This document shows positions 10,914 to 23,640 of a stretch of DNA of 64,000 nt, piece by piece. The translations under genes were made by a program, and so were the position numbers. The stretch's first letter is position 1. Each line of letters begins with the position of its first letter. The stretch is from positions 8,990,001 to 9,054,000 of the forward strand of contig CM114271.1 in NCBI GenBank assembly GCA_050084515.1, in the 5' to 3' direction. The stretch comes from Blasia pusilla. Taxonomy: Eukaryota. The notes below the pieces were generated by a model. That model was not told where the DNA came from, ran no database searches, and worked only from the letters and a program-made list of their open reading frames with translations.

Positions 10914-13282
10914 GTTCAAAGAACTCAACGACCCAGCTTGACTGCAGCGTTTGGAGTAGGGAGTTATTTGATGATGAGGCAAAAGATTTCATAGAATAGA
11001 TCAAATGTATAGTTCCAAGCTTTTTTTGGATGTAATAGAGGAGAAGATTTTTTCGAACGATGGTGGTGCTTGTAAAAGTTTGTTGAACATTTTTTATGTC
11101 TTTTTGAATGTGATTTTCTATGTACTCCGCGGACTTCTATTTTGCAACCCGTCGGATTTCTCCTGCTTGCAACTTCTCACTCTTTGACCACAACACCTTT
11201 TTACCACTTCCAGGCAACTTGTCGGATTCCGATAGGTTTCCTGATCGGACTCTTTCCCTGTTGGTCCAACTTAAGAGACAGTCTGACGGGCTTCTTCACT
11301 TTGGCACCTTCCCCTCAACTCGTAAAAGCAGGCGTAGGCTTCTTTTCTTCTCTCAGACGTGTTGGATTCCTACTACCTGTGCGATTGCCATCATGGTATT
11401 ACCAAGGACGGAGCACATATTGATACTGGATGGGTGTCACATTGAAGAGCATACAAGGTATACTGCCGAGGAAGGCGGTGGGACTCAAATGAGGTTACAT
11501 GGGACCGTTATGGTGTACCTAGGGGGGGGCCAAGGCTCTCGAATTTGCCAACATTTTTGATCCCCGTCTACAATCGGCCAGAGGAGCCACTTGTATCCCA
11601 GGACATCATTCCTTTTGTAGTGGAACCTAGGAGATCTAGGAGTAAATTTGTAGATGACGAGGCTGAAGAAATCATAGACTAGGTCAAATGTACATTTTCG
11701 AGGTTCCTTCGGAGGTAATAAAGGACGAGATTTTTTCAACTGATAATGGTGTTTGTAAAAGTTTGTCGGAAATTTTTTTTTGACTTGTGCATTGTGTTCT
11801 TTTAGCTACTCGGAATTACAATTTTGCAACCCGTATGATTCCGAAGGGTTGCAACTTTGAGCTTTTTGTCCACTGCAACTTTTTAACCATTTCGCAAGGC
11901 AAGTCCGGATTCGGACAAAGTTGGCTACTTGAGTGATCGGACTCTTTCCCTGTGAGACCAACTTCTGACGCATTGTTGCGGGCTTCTTAACTTTTGGCTC
12001 GTTCCCCTACATTCGTCAAACCAATTGTAGGCTTCTTTTCTTTTCTAAGATGTGCAGGATTCCTACTACATGTCGGATTGCCATTTCGGATGTCAGAAAG
12101 GGTGTTATGAGGCAATTCAGGGAAGGCCATGATGCAGGCAACAATCCTTGCAAAAAGAGAGGTTGGCATCGTACCGATGCGCATCCGGGTGGTCCTCCAA
12201 CAAAACTACCGATGGGCACTGCTTATTGTAGACTAAGACAAACAATGTTAAGAAACTTAGGCTCACATGGAGAGTGATGGAAAAATGTTTGTAGTGGTCT
12301 TATGATGTCTACTTTTTTTTCGCCCCCTGGAAAAAGGAGGTTTCTTTAGGGCCAAATGTGGACCACTACCTACTCTCTTCTAAAGATTTCATGAATTTGA
12401 AAGCAAACAAAATTTTCAAATATGTCAAAAAGTTTTGAAGAGAGGAGGGGGATTTGGATTTGGAGGGGACCGTGCAAGCTGTCGGACTCCGACTGGGTGC
12501 ACGGGGACCTTGAATGGATTTCCTACGGCGAGTGAACCGTGCAACCCGTCAAAGTCCGACGGGTTGCACGAGGACCTTGCCTCGATTTCCCATGTCGAGG
12601 GAATCATGCAAAGCACTGTAAAGGCCGACGTCGGCTAGCAGGGGGGGTGAGAGCAGGCTAGCAGGGCGGCCTATTGCTGGCCTAGCGGGCTAAGGTTTGG
12701 GGGCACGGCTGGCGCGGGCTCATCCGTGGGCTTGTGGGCGAAGGACAAGCCTATTACAAGCCTTGCGGGCTAGTGGCAGGCCTAGAGGGAGGGCGGCCAT
12801 GCAAACAAGCCTATTGCATGCTAAGTGCGGGCCTCGTAGACTAAGGGTTGGCAGGCAAGCAGGCCTATCGCGGGCTCGGTGCAAGCCTGGGTCGGGCTTG
12901 GTGGCTAAGGGCGGGCTGATCCTGGCCGTGGCGGGCTAAGGGTAGGCCTATCGTGAGCTTGGCATGCTACTGGCTGGTTGATGGCGGGTTGGCAAGCGGG
13001 CCTATCATAGGCCGAGCGGGCTAAATGCAGGCCTAACTTGGTAAGGACACGTCTAAAAAGTGGTAGGCAGGCTCAAGTAGAGTCCTGATGTAGGCTTCAA
13101 CGCAGTCTGCATATGGGGTAGGGTGCTTGAAGGGTAGAGGGGTTGGAGAAAAAGTAAAAGATTAAGATAGGGTAGTTGTATTAAAGAATATGTTAGTTAC
13201 AAATGAGAGTAATTAAAGAAGTGGGGATAGTATTGGTCCAACGGTTCCCAAAAACCAAGTGTCAACTCAACGGCTCAAAAAT

Positions 13283-13335
13283 TATATACAAGGCACAGAT
13301 TTTGCTCATTTCCCTTTTTCATTCCGCGATTTCAG
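13283..13335 (+). promoter_or_regulatory. Putative TATA/core promoter of ParB-MTase gene (copy E)
   Basis: tatatacaaggcacagattttgctcatttcc aligns with tataaatagggcagaaatcgctcatttcc at 22122, while the flanks diverge. Confidence 0.55.
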
Positions 13336-14789
13336 TTGGAGCTCTTCGTCCTCCTACATGTCCTCCCGACAGTTGAGATCCCCGCATCTGCTAAGCACGA
13401 CAATTACTCAAAGCCCCTTTGGTGGAAGATAACAATGCTCCAAGTAACGACGCTGTGAGAGTTGGGTTTAGGTAGTTGATAGACCCTTCGAGAGTTGGGC
13501 AATTGAGTCGATCGAGTTTCAATATCATTTCAGGGGTGCACATGTGCGGATCACATTGAAGAGGAAGAAAACACAAGCAATGAAGGTTGGGAACATCACC
13601 TCCAAGTCCATCAAGACTCCTGCGTCGCCATCTCCTGGCCCTCGCTCAGCGGCAGAAATTAGGCAACAAGAGATAGAGGACCGGGAGAGGGAGGCAGAAA
13701 TGCACAGGAAAGAGGTTGTGGCAAAGCTTGCAAGGAAAAATGTGGGGGCCGAGGCATCAAAGGCCTTGAAGAAATGAGTCGTGGACAAGAAGCGAGAGAA
13801 GAAGTGCCTCGACGCATCCATCATGAGAGCAGAATTGGCGAAAGCGTGGAGGGAAAAGGCTATCGCCGAGGAAGGAAGCCCCGCCCATCCTATGGACAAT
13901 GTTGAGACGGAGGATGTGTCCCCGATGAGGTTTGGGGACACGATGAACTCAAAATTGGCAGAGGAAATGGCAAAAGTTCAGGAGACGGACGAGGAGGTCA
14001 CGAGGACAGCAAGTGTGGAGACGGTGCATATCTTTGAAGAATCAAGAGAAGAGTCGTGATCGTCCTTGAGCCTGATGGAAGAAATAGACCTCTTCCGCAT
14101 CAATGAATTTCCTATGGATTTGCCACTTGCTGTCCAAGAGCAGCTAGTCGGCCTCGACAAAGACCCCATTTTTTAGAGGGTAAGTAGACATAGGCATATC
14201 TGAAATCGCATTCTCAATTCCTTTCTTAATCAGAAAATCTGAAAAAGTAGCTTATTAACATTCTCGGCATTGTTGCAGGTTGTAAAGCAAATGGCATTGG
14301 TGGATGGTCACAAGTCCCCTAGAATTCCACTTTTTCGACTGCGGACAATGGAGTACGTCCGTGTAATTTAGTCGGACGAGGACATCGCAAATGTGAAACA
14401 ACGGATTGCGACAACATCTTACGTTGACAACTTCCCTCCGTTCTATGTTCAGCCTTACGATGAACATGGAACGGAGGCTCTAGTGACGGAAGAAGACCTT
14501 GAGGCTTTGGACACATTCTGAAGGATCAAAGACCGGGAATTGAGAAGAGCTATTGAAGGAATGCAATACAGCTGAATGCGCAACCTCTATTTCTTCATCT
14601 GGGATGGAAACCAAAAGTACATGGCATGGTCACAATGTGTTGAGGAGCGCCCGAATTCATTTGAGATGCATTTCTACGTGAGGGCACCCGTCCTCCATCC
14701 ATTTCCGCATCACATGGCAACGGTGGAGATGGCAATGCATTCCATGAATACGGAAGTTGATCTTTCTTTCTCAAAATTTTTTCCTTGCT

Positions 14790-15692
14790 TCAACCCGTCA
14801 GAGTCCGACAGGTTGTAGAAATTTTCAGATTGTAGATTGGCATGAATCATAGGAGTCGATAGACGGAATCCTTTTTGACCTTCCACGGATAATTTGGGAT
14901 AAAGTCCAGCAACCCGTCGGACTCCAACGGGTTGAAACTATGTCTTCCATCAGATTTTGCTTGACCAACCTATAGCCTGTCGGACTCTGACGGGTTCCAA
15001 ATGAAAAATTGGTAGCCAATTTTCTGGATTAAACCTGGCTACTGCAACCCGTCCAACCTCGACAGGTTGCAAAATGACTGAGATTTCTGGATGAAACTTT
15101 TGTTCAGCAACTAGTCATACTCCAATGGGTTGCACAATGGTCTTATTTATAAGTCATCGGAAGCCTAAAAGCAACCCGTTGGACTCCGACGGGTTGAAAA
15201 AGGTGAAATAATCACAAGGTAGGAGGCACTTTTGAGGAAAATTCAACCCATCAGAGTCCGACGCGTTGCAACCAAATTTATTTTTCATCATTTGGTTCCA
15301 AATTAGCGTTAAATGTATGCTTCTAGGGTCTCCCTGCAACCCGTTAGAGTCCGACGGGTTGCGACCAAATTTATTTTTTATCATTTGGTTCCAAAGTAGC
15401 GTTAAATTAATGCTCTAGGGTCTCCCTGCAATCTGTCAGACTCCAACGGGTTGCATCACTTCATGTCGATGGACATCCATGTGCTACCCATCCGATCCCA
15501 ATGGGTTGCACTTTGTTGCCATTTTCCGACAGTGGTGCAACCCGTCAAAGTCCGACGGGTTGCAAAAACTACATTGGGCCTCTAAGAGATTGCAACTCGA
15601 AGAGATTTTCGCAACCAATCAGAGTCCGATGGGTTGCGCATCGTTGCAATCTGTCAAGAGTGGTGCAACCCATCGGAGTCTGACGGGTTGCA
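14790..15692. repeat. Palindrome array in intron 2 (copy E)
   Basis: More than ten degenerate copies, e.g. gcaacccgttagagtccgacgggttgc near 15336. Confidence 0.9.
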
Positions 15693-17787
15693 GGGGATCA
15701 TTATTCTAACCTTGTGTTTGCTTTTGCACGATTGTATTTGAGGGGATCGTCACCCACCATGGGATTCAGGAATGTGATAGAGTCAAAAGGTGCTAACAAC
15801 GCACCCGTTGTAGTACAAGGGATTCCTCGGTGAGGACCTAGTTGATGAGATGCTCATGACGGGCGCTCAAATTAAGAAGAAGACTTGGGCGAGTACCTTC
15901 ATCTCCCAAGATGCAGCGGTGACGATTCTATGCTGATCCAAGATCAAGGCAACCAAAAAAAGTGCCACATTGGAACTAGAGCGAAGGGAAAATGTCTCAG
16001 CGTCGGAGCAGGCTAAACTCATTCATTCAGGCTGCCGTGTCTCCACCTACAAAGTACACTGCGAGCAAGATGCAGCGGTACATTGCAATCCTCAACCCTG
16101 AACTTGGCCTGGAGTTCTACAAGGAGCTGAAGGAAATAATCAAGCGCCAGCAGAAGAAGGACAAAGACCCACATGGTCGAATCGGAGAGAAGGTCTCTCA
16201 GGATCGCGCGCACAAGTTTGCGCTTTTCGGGATATCCGAGTTTAGGCGGATCCGATTGATGAAAATCAGTCTTGAGGGCACTGAGACGCAAAAGCAAGCA
16301 GCATACCACCCTTTGGGAGTATCAGACCCTGTGATTTCCCATTGCCTTAGAGAATGTTCCTTGTGGGACGTGTTGCGACTTCTCAGGAAGTCGATGATCG
16401 TGGGTCTACAAGCGGAGCTGAAAAAGATTGAGCCAATTCCAGACGAGGCTAACTTAGAGGCTGCAAAAGATTTTGAACTTTGTCTTGATGACATCAGGTA
16501 TAAGCCGAAAAAAAACCCATGCTCACGAACAATGTTCAAGAATCACATCCTCCCTCATGCTAATATGGAAATAGACGCGAAAAAGTATGGTTTTGCAAAG
16601 AAGAAGCGAGATCTTCAAGAGCAAGAGGTCGAGTCATCCGGCCAAAGAGCTGCCCATCGGATGGTCTAGACGTACCTCATCTATTGTGTGAATCCAGGTA
16701 CTTGACGCAAATATCCTGTAGCATGCAAATTGTGGGCTTTTCCTCCTGATGGAGAGGGATTCTCCATGTATGACATGGACATGGGGCAGGACATGTCCGA
16801 GTGGGAGGTCTTGAATTGTCCAATCTGGTTGGACTTCAATGACCCAGAGGACATGATAGACAAAAACTTGCGCATGGTGTATGACGTAGTCGTCGGTGGT
16901 AGGGACGACATCCCAAAATTTGTGAAGAGTGACAAATTTTTCAAAGGAGATGCGGAGGAGCAAGCCATCGAGACAATTGAGTTGGTGTCCAAGGTAGTCA
17001 CCGCCAAGGACAAATCCGCACCGGGATTGAAGCCAAAGGCAAAGGGGTAAAGGAATTCTGAGGCAGAGTCTTCAAGGCAAGAGGGGCAAGAGGGGCAGAC
17101 AAGGTCCTCGTCAAAGAAAATGCATGTGGAGTCTGACGTAATTGAGACTCCAACAAGCCGATAGCAAACTCGCGAGAAGCGAAAGCGGGAGGCGCTAGGA
17201 TTGTCCGAGGGAGGAGATAAGGATGTGAAATACACTCCATCATCCTTGGGCAGGCATAGGAAAACAACAAGCAAGATAACTTTCCTTCTACACCAGAGTT
17301 ATCTTGTCGATGAATTGCATAATTTTGAGTACTCAAGAGTCGACAGCTGCCATCGAGAAGTTGACCGTGCTAGGGCGTAAACTTCTCCGCAATGGGCATA
17401 TCCCATAGACAATCCATGGGTTTGCTGAGGAGGTGGCGATGGACCTCCTCATTGGAGATTTGCCCTCTGGATTTTGTTTGTGGGATGAAAATTCGTATGA
17501 CACTCTCCCAAACTGGAATATCCCACTTTCCTATGACCGTATCGCTCTTATGTTTTCTTTCGCGGATGCATATCTCAGCGACAGGGGGTGTTTCTTGGTG
17601 CTTACTAGAGGGAGAAAATACAAGCTCTTCAACCTTCAGTGGATGAAGAGGTTGCTCAAGTGGCGGACAACGCAATTTTGGGTGATAAAAAAAGTACCGA
17701 CTGAGATCAACTACAAATCAAGTCCGGGTATGTTCCCACTTCTTGGTTTCATTTTTTTTTCCATATTTTAGACAATAGGTTCGGACA

Positions 17788-18190
17788 TGCAACCCGTCGG
17801 ATTGTGACGGGTTGCATGTCAGTAGAGACAGAAAGTGACAGATAACTGGATTAGCAACCCTTCGGATTCTGATGGGTTGCATGTCTGTGGAGACAAACAA
17901 TGGCAGATAACTGGATTTGCAACCCGTCGCAAGTAGAATTTTCCCTTTGCTGATAAGCAACCCATCAGAAAGCGACGGGTTGCTTCCATGTTAGGCACAA
18001 TTTTACTTGCAACCCGTTGGTTTGTGACGAGTTGCAAGCAAGTTTCTGTTTTAGTTGTAGAGCAACCCATCAAACTTTGACAGGTTGCTCTTTTGTCTAG
18101 GCAAATGAGCAACCCATCGGGTTTTGACGTGTTGCTGATTGTGTCACTATCTATAGAGCAAACCATCCATTCTCGACAGACTGCATGATT
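17788..18190. repeat. Palindrome array in intron 3 (copy E)
   Basis: gcaacccgtcggattgtgacgggttgc and variants. Confidence 0.85.
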
Positions 18191-18939
18191 CTTCCACCTT
18201 TTGTTTATGCCAACAATTTTTTGCACTTGTCTTGTTCACAGATGGAGCACTCATATGTTGACCACTTTGTGAGACCGGAGCACAACTTCAAGGTGTTCCA
18301 GATCCCGGATTGAGTGGATCCATGCTCCCATGGGTACACATTAGATAGTCTTTACAATTCCCCCCAGGGAATTTTCATGCAAGAAGGGATCCCCTTACTT
18401 GGAAGAAGGACGAACTCACTTGCCCTTATGCAACTGCTCATGGAGCTTTGCTCAAGGCCGGGTGACTTGGTCTTTGACTTGGTAGGCCTATTAGGGGCGA
18501 GTATGAGAGGAGGAGCGGTAAGAGGAGAGGAAGAGAGGAAGAGAGGAGAGAGGAGAGAGGAAGAGAGGAGAGAGGAAACTAGGGTCAACGGAAATAGATA
18601 CTCTTTTTGAAGAGAGTTTCCGTTGGGTTGAAGAGAGGAAAATTTTTGTTTGAATTTTTTTGCACTTTTTTGTTCATATATTAAGTAGTCCCACAGTTTT
18701 TTTTTCCTCTTCCATATTTTGGCAACCCCTCTGAGTCCGACGAGTTGCAAATTGCACAAAATTTAGAAAACTGAAAAATCAGTGGAATCATAAGTGTGGA
18801 ACCAATCACTTTTTCCATCCAAGATCTCGAAATAATCTATCATTTGCCCGAGGCTGAATAGAGTTCAAGCTCGAAGTGAAGGTTGAGAAAAAAAAAAAAA
18901 GTACAATCTAAAACCTCCTTTGCATCCTCAAAGTGGTTT

Positions 18940-21233
18940 GTTTAAAATACTTCAAACGTCTTTGAGGGACAGAATTGGTTGGTGGATTCCTACTCCTACC
19001 TCCGACTCTCTTAAAACTACTAGCAACACATAGTACATGTGCTTACAAGGGAAATACCTTTTGCCACTTGTCTCTCTTTGGACAAAGTTATCACATGAAC
19101 ATGTGGGAAAGCAACAGATGTGCACCACATACACCCCTGTGACACTTGAATTTACAGTGTTGTTCCTGACCCAATACATCCTTCCTATTCCATTGCCACT
19201 CAAGACATCTTTTGTGGAAATGATCTCCATTTTTGCCTCCTGAGCTACTGCAATTCACTTTGCTCTCTCCACCGGTGGCCTGCACATTCTATTTCTCTTC
19301 ACCCCATTTCTAGACTCAAACAGAAATAATGGATTGAGATCATCCACCTTCTCCGGGTACATGTTGACATCAATCTTGGGTTGAATACAAAATGCGAAGG
19401 TCTCTGTAATGCGAACATGCTCCAAACTTCCCCCGTCTACGAGTCTGAAACCGGCACTTGTAAGATTGTCCACTTCGTCTTGAGTGCAGTTCGCGCCTGC
19501 GGCGATGGGCCAAATCGTGGGGGTATTCCCGGGAGCTCCAATGGCATCCGGACAAGACTTCCGGAAAGCGCAAGATTCATTTGGGCAGAAGAAGTACTTC
19601 AATTGATCCCCGGTCCTCATGAAACGATCAAAGGTTTTGAGTCCCCAAAACCCAGGCAGAGGTCGTCCAGTCCTTGTACAGTTCTTATTTAGGAAAGTGC
19701 CGCATGCTCTCCTAATGCCATCAGATCCTGCCCTACATGTGGGTCCACGTCCTGGGTTGCTCTGAGATATATGCCACCGTTTTAGGTTGCAATCCACCTC
19801 CATTACCGGAATCCCATATTGTTGAACCACCCCAGAGACTGGATGTTGCAAACTTCCAGCAACGGAGGGCTTTTGAAATAAAACATTCACTGATTTTGGA
19901 GAAGTAACTCCATCACGGATTTGGGACAGGTCTGGGGTCCCCGAATACCTGGGCGGTGTAATTTCCTCATCCAAATCAATCACCGGATTCGTTCCTCGAT
20001 CTTTGCCTCTTCACCTGGCTGAAGTCAAGATACTTATCTGGTCTCCACGAGTCTCGTTCGGACAGCTCTACCACCATCTGTATGGGACGTCTTGAAACCC
20101 GCCCACGAATATCCCCACCTATGTGTACGTCTTGCTCGAGTGGAGTTCCAGCTACGCACCGGTTGAAGGCTTTGACATACAATTTTTCATCACCAGATCT
20201 CACATCCGCCCTGACATAGAGCTCATAGATCGACGGCCCTTTTCCTTTTGTTATGCCTTTTGTGAGAAAGATATGGGATGCTGCAGAAATATGTATGCAG
20301 GACACGCTCCAACGCAGAAGGGCGATGCCTGACAATGAGGACATCGATGGCCTCCCAGCGGTATGGTGGCACCGACCTCGTATGGAGTTTCTGCATTCTT
20401 GGGAGGGAATTGCAACGTATTGACTCGCCCGTTGCGCTCTAGATACGGGCATGCTGGACTTCTACACTCCAAGGCTCCCACGCATTGGCGGCGGGAGACA
20501 ATCCAAGGACCATCTGGAATTGAAGCACCTGGTCCGTTGAAGCCTGCACACCATCGATGACAATCGATTTTTCGTCCATACCCTTCAGCGCCCTCCATCC
20601 TTCTTTTGAGCAGAGCAAAGCAAGTGGAGGCAACTCAAAAATGCAATTACCATCGATGCGTGGCGGAAACTCATCGACAAGAATGTGCTTGAACATTTTC
20701 AAGGGCAGAGACGAAAGCAAACTATTGCCTGATACTCGCAAGAGGAACGAGTAGGCGGACAGAGGGCCCGATTGGTGTCCGACAGATCCACTGAGGTTGA
20801 TAACATCTGGAATCTCTTCAGGAAAAACAACATTGTTACGAGCGTGCGAAGTTGGAGTCAAAGCCGGATCTGCAGAGCTTGGAGTTGCAAATGTAGATCT
20901 CGGAGCACTAGGAAATTCTAGATCGTCTACTTGGGAAACATACGAATTCAGGGGCAGGCCGTAAACTCTGTATTGACCATTTGGTAGAGGTAGGAGATTC
21001 CATACTTTACGGTCTGAGGTCACTAGCTGGACCGTCTCACCTATTATGTCTTCCGTACCGTCCATCCTAACATCTTTGGATACAAAGATGGTTCCAATTT
21101 GGAGAAGAAAACGAACAAACAGAAAATTTTCATCCATTGCTATAAAAGACTCACGAGCTTGGGGTCGAATGATTTCCGATTGAGGAAGGGCCGCCAGATG
21201 ACTGCCACAAGTGAGCTTAACATAATTATCCAT
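18940..21233 (-). pseudogene. GCM-like Zn finger + C-terminal SWIM protein; probable Mutator-like transposase derivative
   Basis: Joined ORFs 20439-21233, 20251-20598, 19976-20452, 19255-19983 and 18952-19230. RRQCVGALECRSPAC...RCPHC...C resembles the GCM domain. SWIM CSCDNF...CKH. No DDE core seen. Confidence 0.7.
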
Positions 21234-21429
21234 TCCAAGAAGATTCCAACGGGGAGAGCGAGAATCGAATGAGAATGAGAATATTTAATTTATAGTGAAT
21301 AGGAAACAGATACTCCTGACATATTTTTACTGACAAGATGAATTCGGTGGGTGACATTGTCTGACACAATGGATCCAATTCTGTAACACATTCAATTGTG
21401 TTGCAATATGTTACCGGATTTGGGAAGCA

Positions 21430-22032
21430 GAGGGTTGCGCATCACACTTGGAACCCGTCGGAGTCCTGGTAACTCAAAAATTACCCGAAGCTAACCGAAG
21501 CCTGCAACCCGTCGGCATCGGACGGGTTGCACGCGCTAAACACATTGTCGAAGCGAGCAACCCGTCGCTCTCCGACGAGTTGCTTGGATACCGCTCCTTC
21601 TTGCCCGAAGATGCCGGAGGCGTGTAAACCGTCTGATCCCGACGAGTTCCGCGGGTGCCTCGCCTTTTAGCCCAAAGACGGCGAGGCGTGCAACCCGTCG
21701 CCCTCCAACGGGTTGCGCAAGGTCCTCGCCTTGTGGTGCAGCCAGCCAGACTCCGACGACTTGCACGGGAAGCCCTCGTTCTTAACCCTTGATGAGGGAA
21801 GCGTGCAACCCAAAGGTCTCCGACGGATTGCCCAAGATACGTCCCGTTCCCGTCCCAAACACGGCGGAGGCGCGCAACATGTCGGTCTCCGACGGGTTGC
21901 GCGGGTACCTCGCGTTCTTTTCCGAAGACGACGGAGGTGCTCAACCCGTCGGTCTCCGACGGGTTGCTCGTGCACGTGGCGACGTACCCAAGATGGCGGA
22001 GCCGCGCAACCTGTTGGACTCCGACGGGTTGC
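21430..22032. repeat. Palindrome array between the divergent genes (copy F)
   Basis: About ten copies, e.g. 21942 caacccgtcggtctccgacgggttg. Confidence 0.9.
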
Positions 22033-22120
22033 CATTTTTCACGTCTGGACTTCCGTAACATCCGGCACGTCGCCGTCGAAAGGACGACAGGACCCAACGG
22101 TCAGCCCAACGGCTAGAAAA

Positions 22121-22175
22121 GTATAAATAGGGCAGAAATCGCTCATTTCCGGTTTCTCATTTCGCGATCTTCATT
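22121..22175 (+). promoter_or_regulatory. Putative TATA box/core promoter of ParB-MTase gene (copy F)
   Basis: TATAAATA at 22122, directly downstream of the palindrome array. Conserved with 13283. Confidence 0.6.
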
Positions 22176-23640
22176 CCTCACTCTCCCGCGCAGCTGCTGA
22201 TCAGATACGAAGGGGCATTTCACACGGCGACACATCGCGAGTCGATAGGAGGGAACGAGAGCGAGACCGTTTGACGCAACGACAGCAAGACGGTTCGACC
22301 GAGCGATCACGGGACGATTCGAGCTACCCATCAAGGCGATTCGAGCTCCCATCTCGACATCAGCAAGGCGATTGATCAAGGGATTCGTCGTGGACATAGG
22401 TGGAGGCATTTCCGGAAAAAACGACGAGGAAAATCACAAGCCAACAAGTCTGGGAGCTTCACTCCGAAGTCCATTAGGACTCCTGCGTCAGCTTCTCCTG
22501 GGCCTCGTTCGGCGAATGAAATCAGGCAGCAGGAAATCGAGGAGCGGGAAAGGGAAGCGGAGATGCACAACCAAGTGCTTCTTGCGAGACATGTTCAAGA
22601 GGTGCTAGATAAATAGAACGCAGAGGCTGAGACGTCGCAGGCCTTGAAGAAAAGGATCGCCGACGAAAAGAGAGAAAAGAAGCGTTTGGACGCGTCGGTG
22701 AGGAGGGCAGAATTGGCTAAAGCGAGGAGGGAAAAAGCGATAGCCATTGACGATAGCCCAACCCGTCCAACCGCAACCATCCCCCGGACTTCGTGGGGGA
22801 AATGTCCCCCATGAAGTCCGGGGACACAATCAACATAGTGGAAACGCCAGAAGTTGAAATTGATGACGATGAGGTCAGGAGGACCGCCAGCGTGGAGATG
22901 GTGGACATGGCCGAAGAAGCCGCAGAGCGGTCATTCTTCACTCCAAGCCCAGCGGAGGACATCGACCTCTATCGGATCGACGAGTTCCCTGTCGATTTGC
23001 CAGGTTTTGTCTCAGACAAGTTAGCTGGTCAAGAAACCGACCCCATTTTCGAGCGGGTAAGAGAGGTTCTGGGTTTTTTGAATTATGTGAATTGCAATTC
23101 ATTGGGATTTCAGTGTAGCTTATTCCTCTTGTCCCGGTTCTGACAGATGGTAAAGCTGATGGCACTCATGGAGGGCCACAACGCCCCGAGGATTCCACTC
23201 TGCCGATTGCGGACAATGGAATACGTCTGCGAAATTCAGTCCGACGAGGACATCGCGAAGCTAAAACAATCGGCGGCGACAGCATCCTACGTCGACAACT
23301 TTCCTCCCTTCTATGTTCAGCCTTACGACGAGCATGGAACCCAAGCTCTATTTACCGAGGAGGACTTGGAAAAGCTCGACACATTCTGGAGGATGCGAGA
23401 CCAGGATTTCAAAAGGCAAGTTGAGGGCACGGAATTCAGCTGGATGAGGAATCTGCATTTCTTCATCTGGGATGGAAATCACAGGTTCATGGCGTGGACC
23501 AAATTTGCGGAGGAGCAGCCCAATTCATAGGAGGCACATTTCTGCGTGAAGGCAGTGGTCCTTCACCCATACCCTCATCACATGGCGACGGTGGAGATGG
23601 CAATGCATGCCATGAACACGTGAGTATCTTTAACACTTCC

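Larger units (their letters stand above)
6583..12457 (+). mobile_element. DNA element copy D: 5'-truncated, lacks the last ~80 bp of the right end
   Basis: Colinear with about 22654-28397, and retains the exon-3 segment that copy F has lost. Confidence 0.9.

Noticed and set aside
18501-18510. 8-bp TSD with GG-starting end (hAT/Zisupton-like)
   Set aside because: Copies A and B share only AGGTG.. at the left end, not a preceding GG. A 10-bp TSD (possibly 9) fits better.
21430-22032. CRISPR array
   Set aside because: Repeats are palindromic and about 27 bp, but they are degenerate, irregularly spaced, often intronic, and no cas genes are present.
21474-22126. Arg-rich ORFs in the palindrome array, and antisense ORFs over exons and LTRs
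   Set aside because: They are by-products of GC-rich palindromes or shadows of real coding strands. They have no motifs and are not conserved as proteins.
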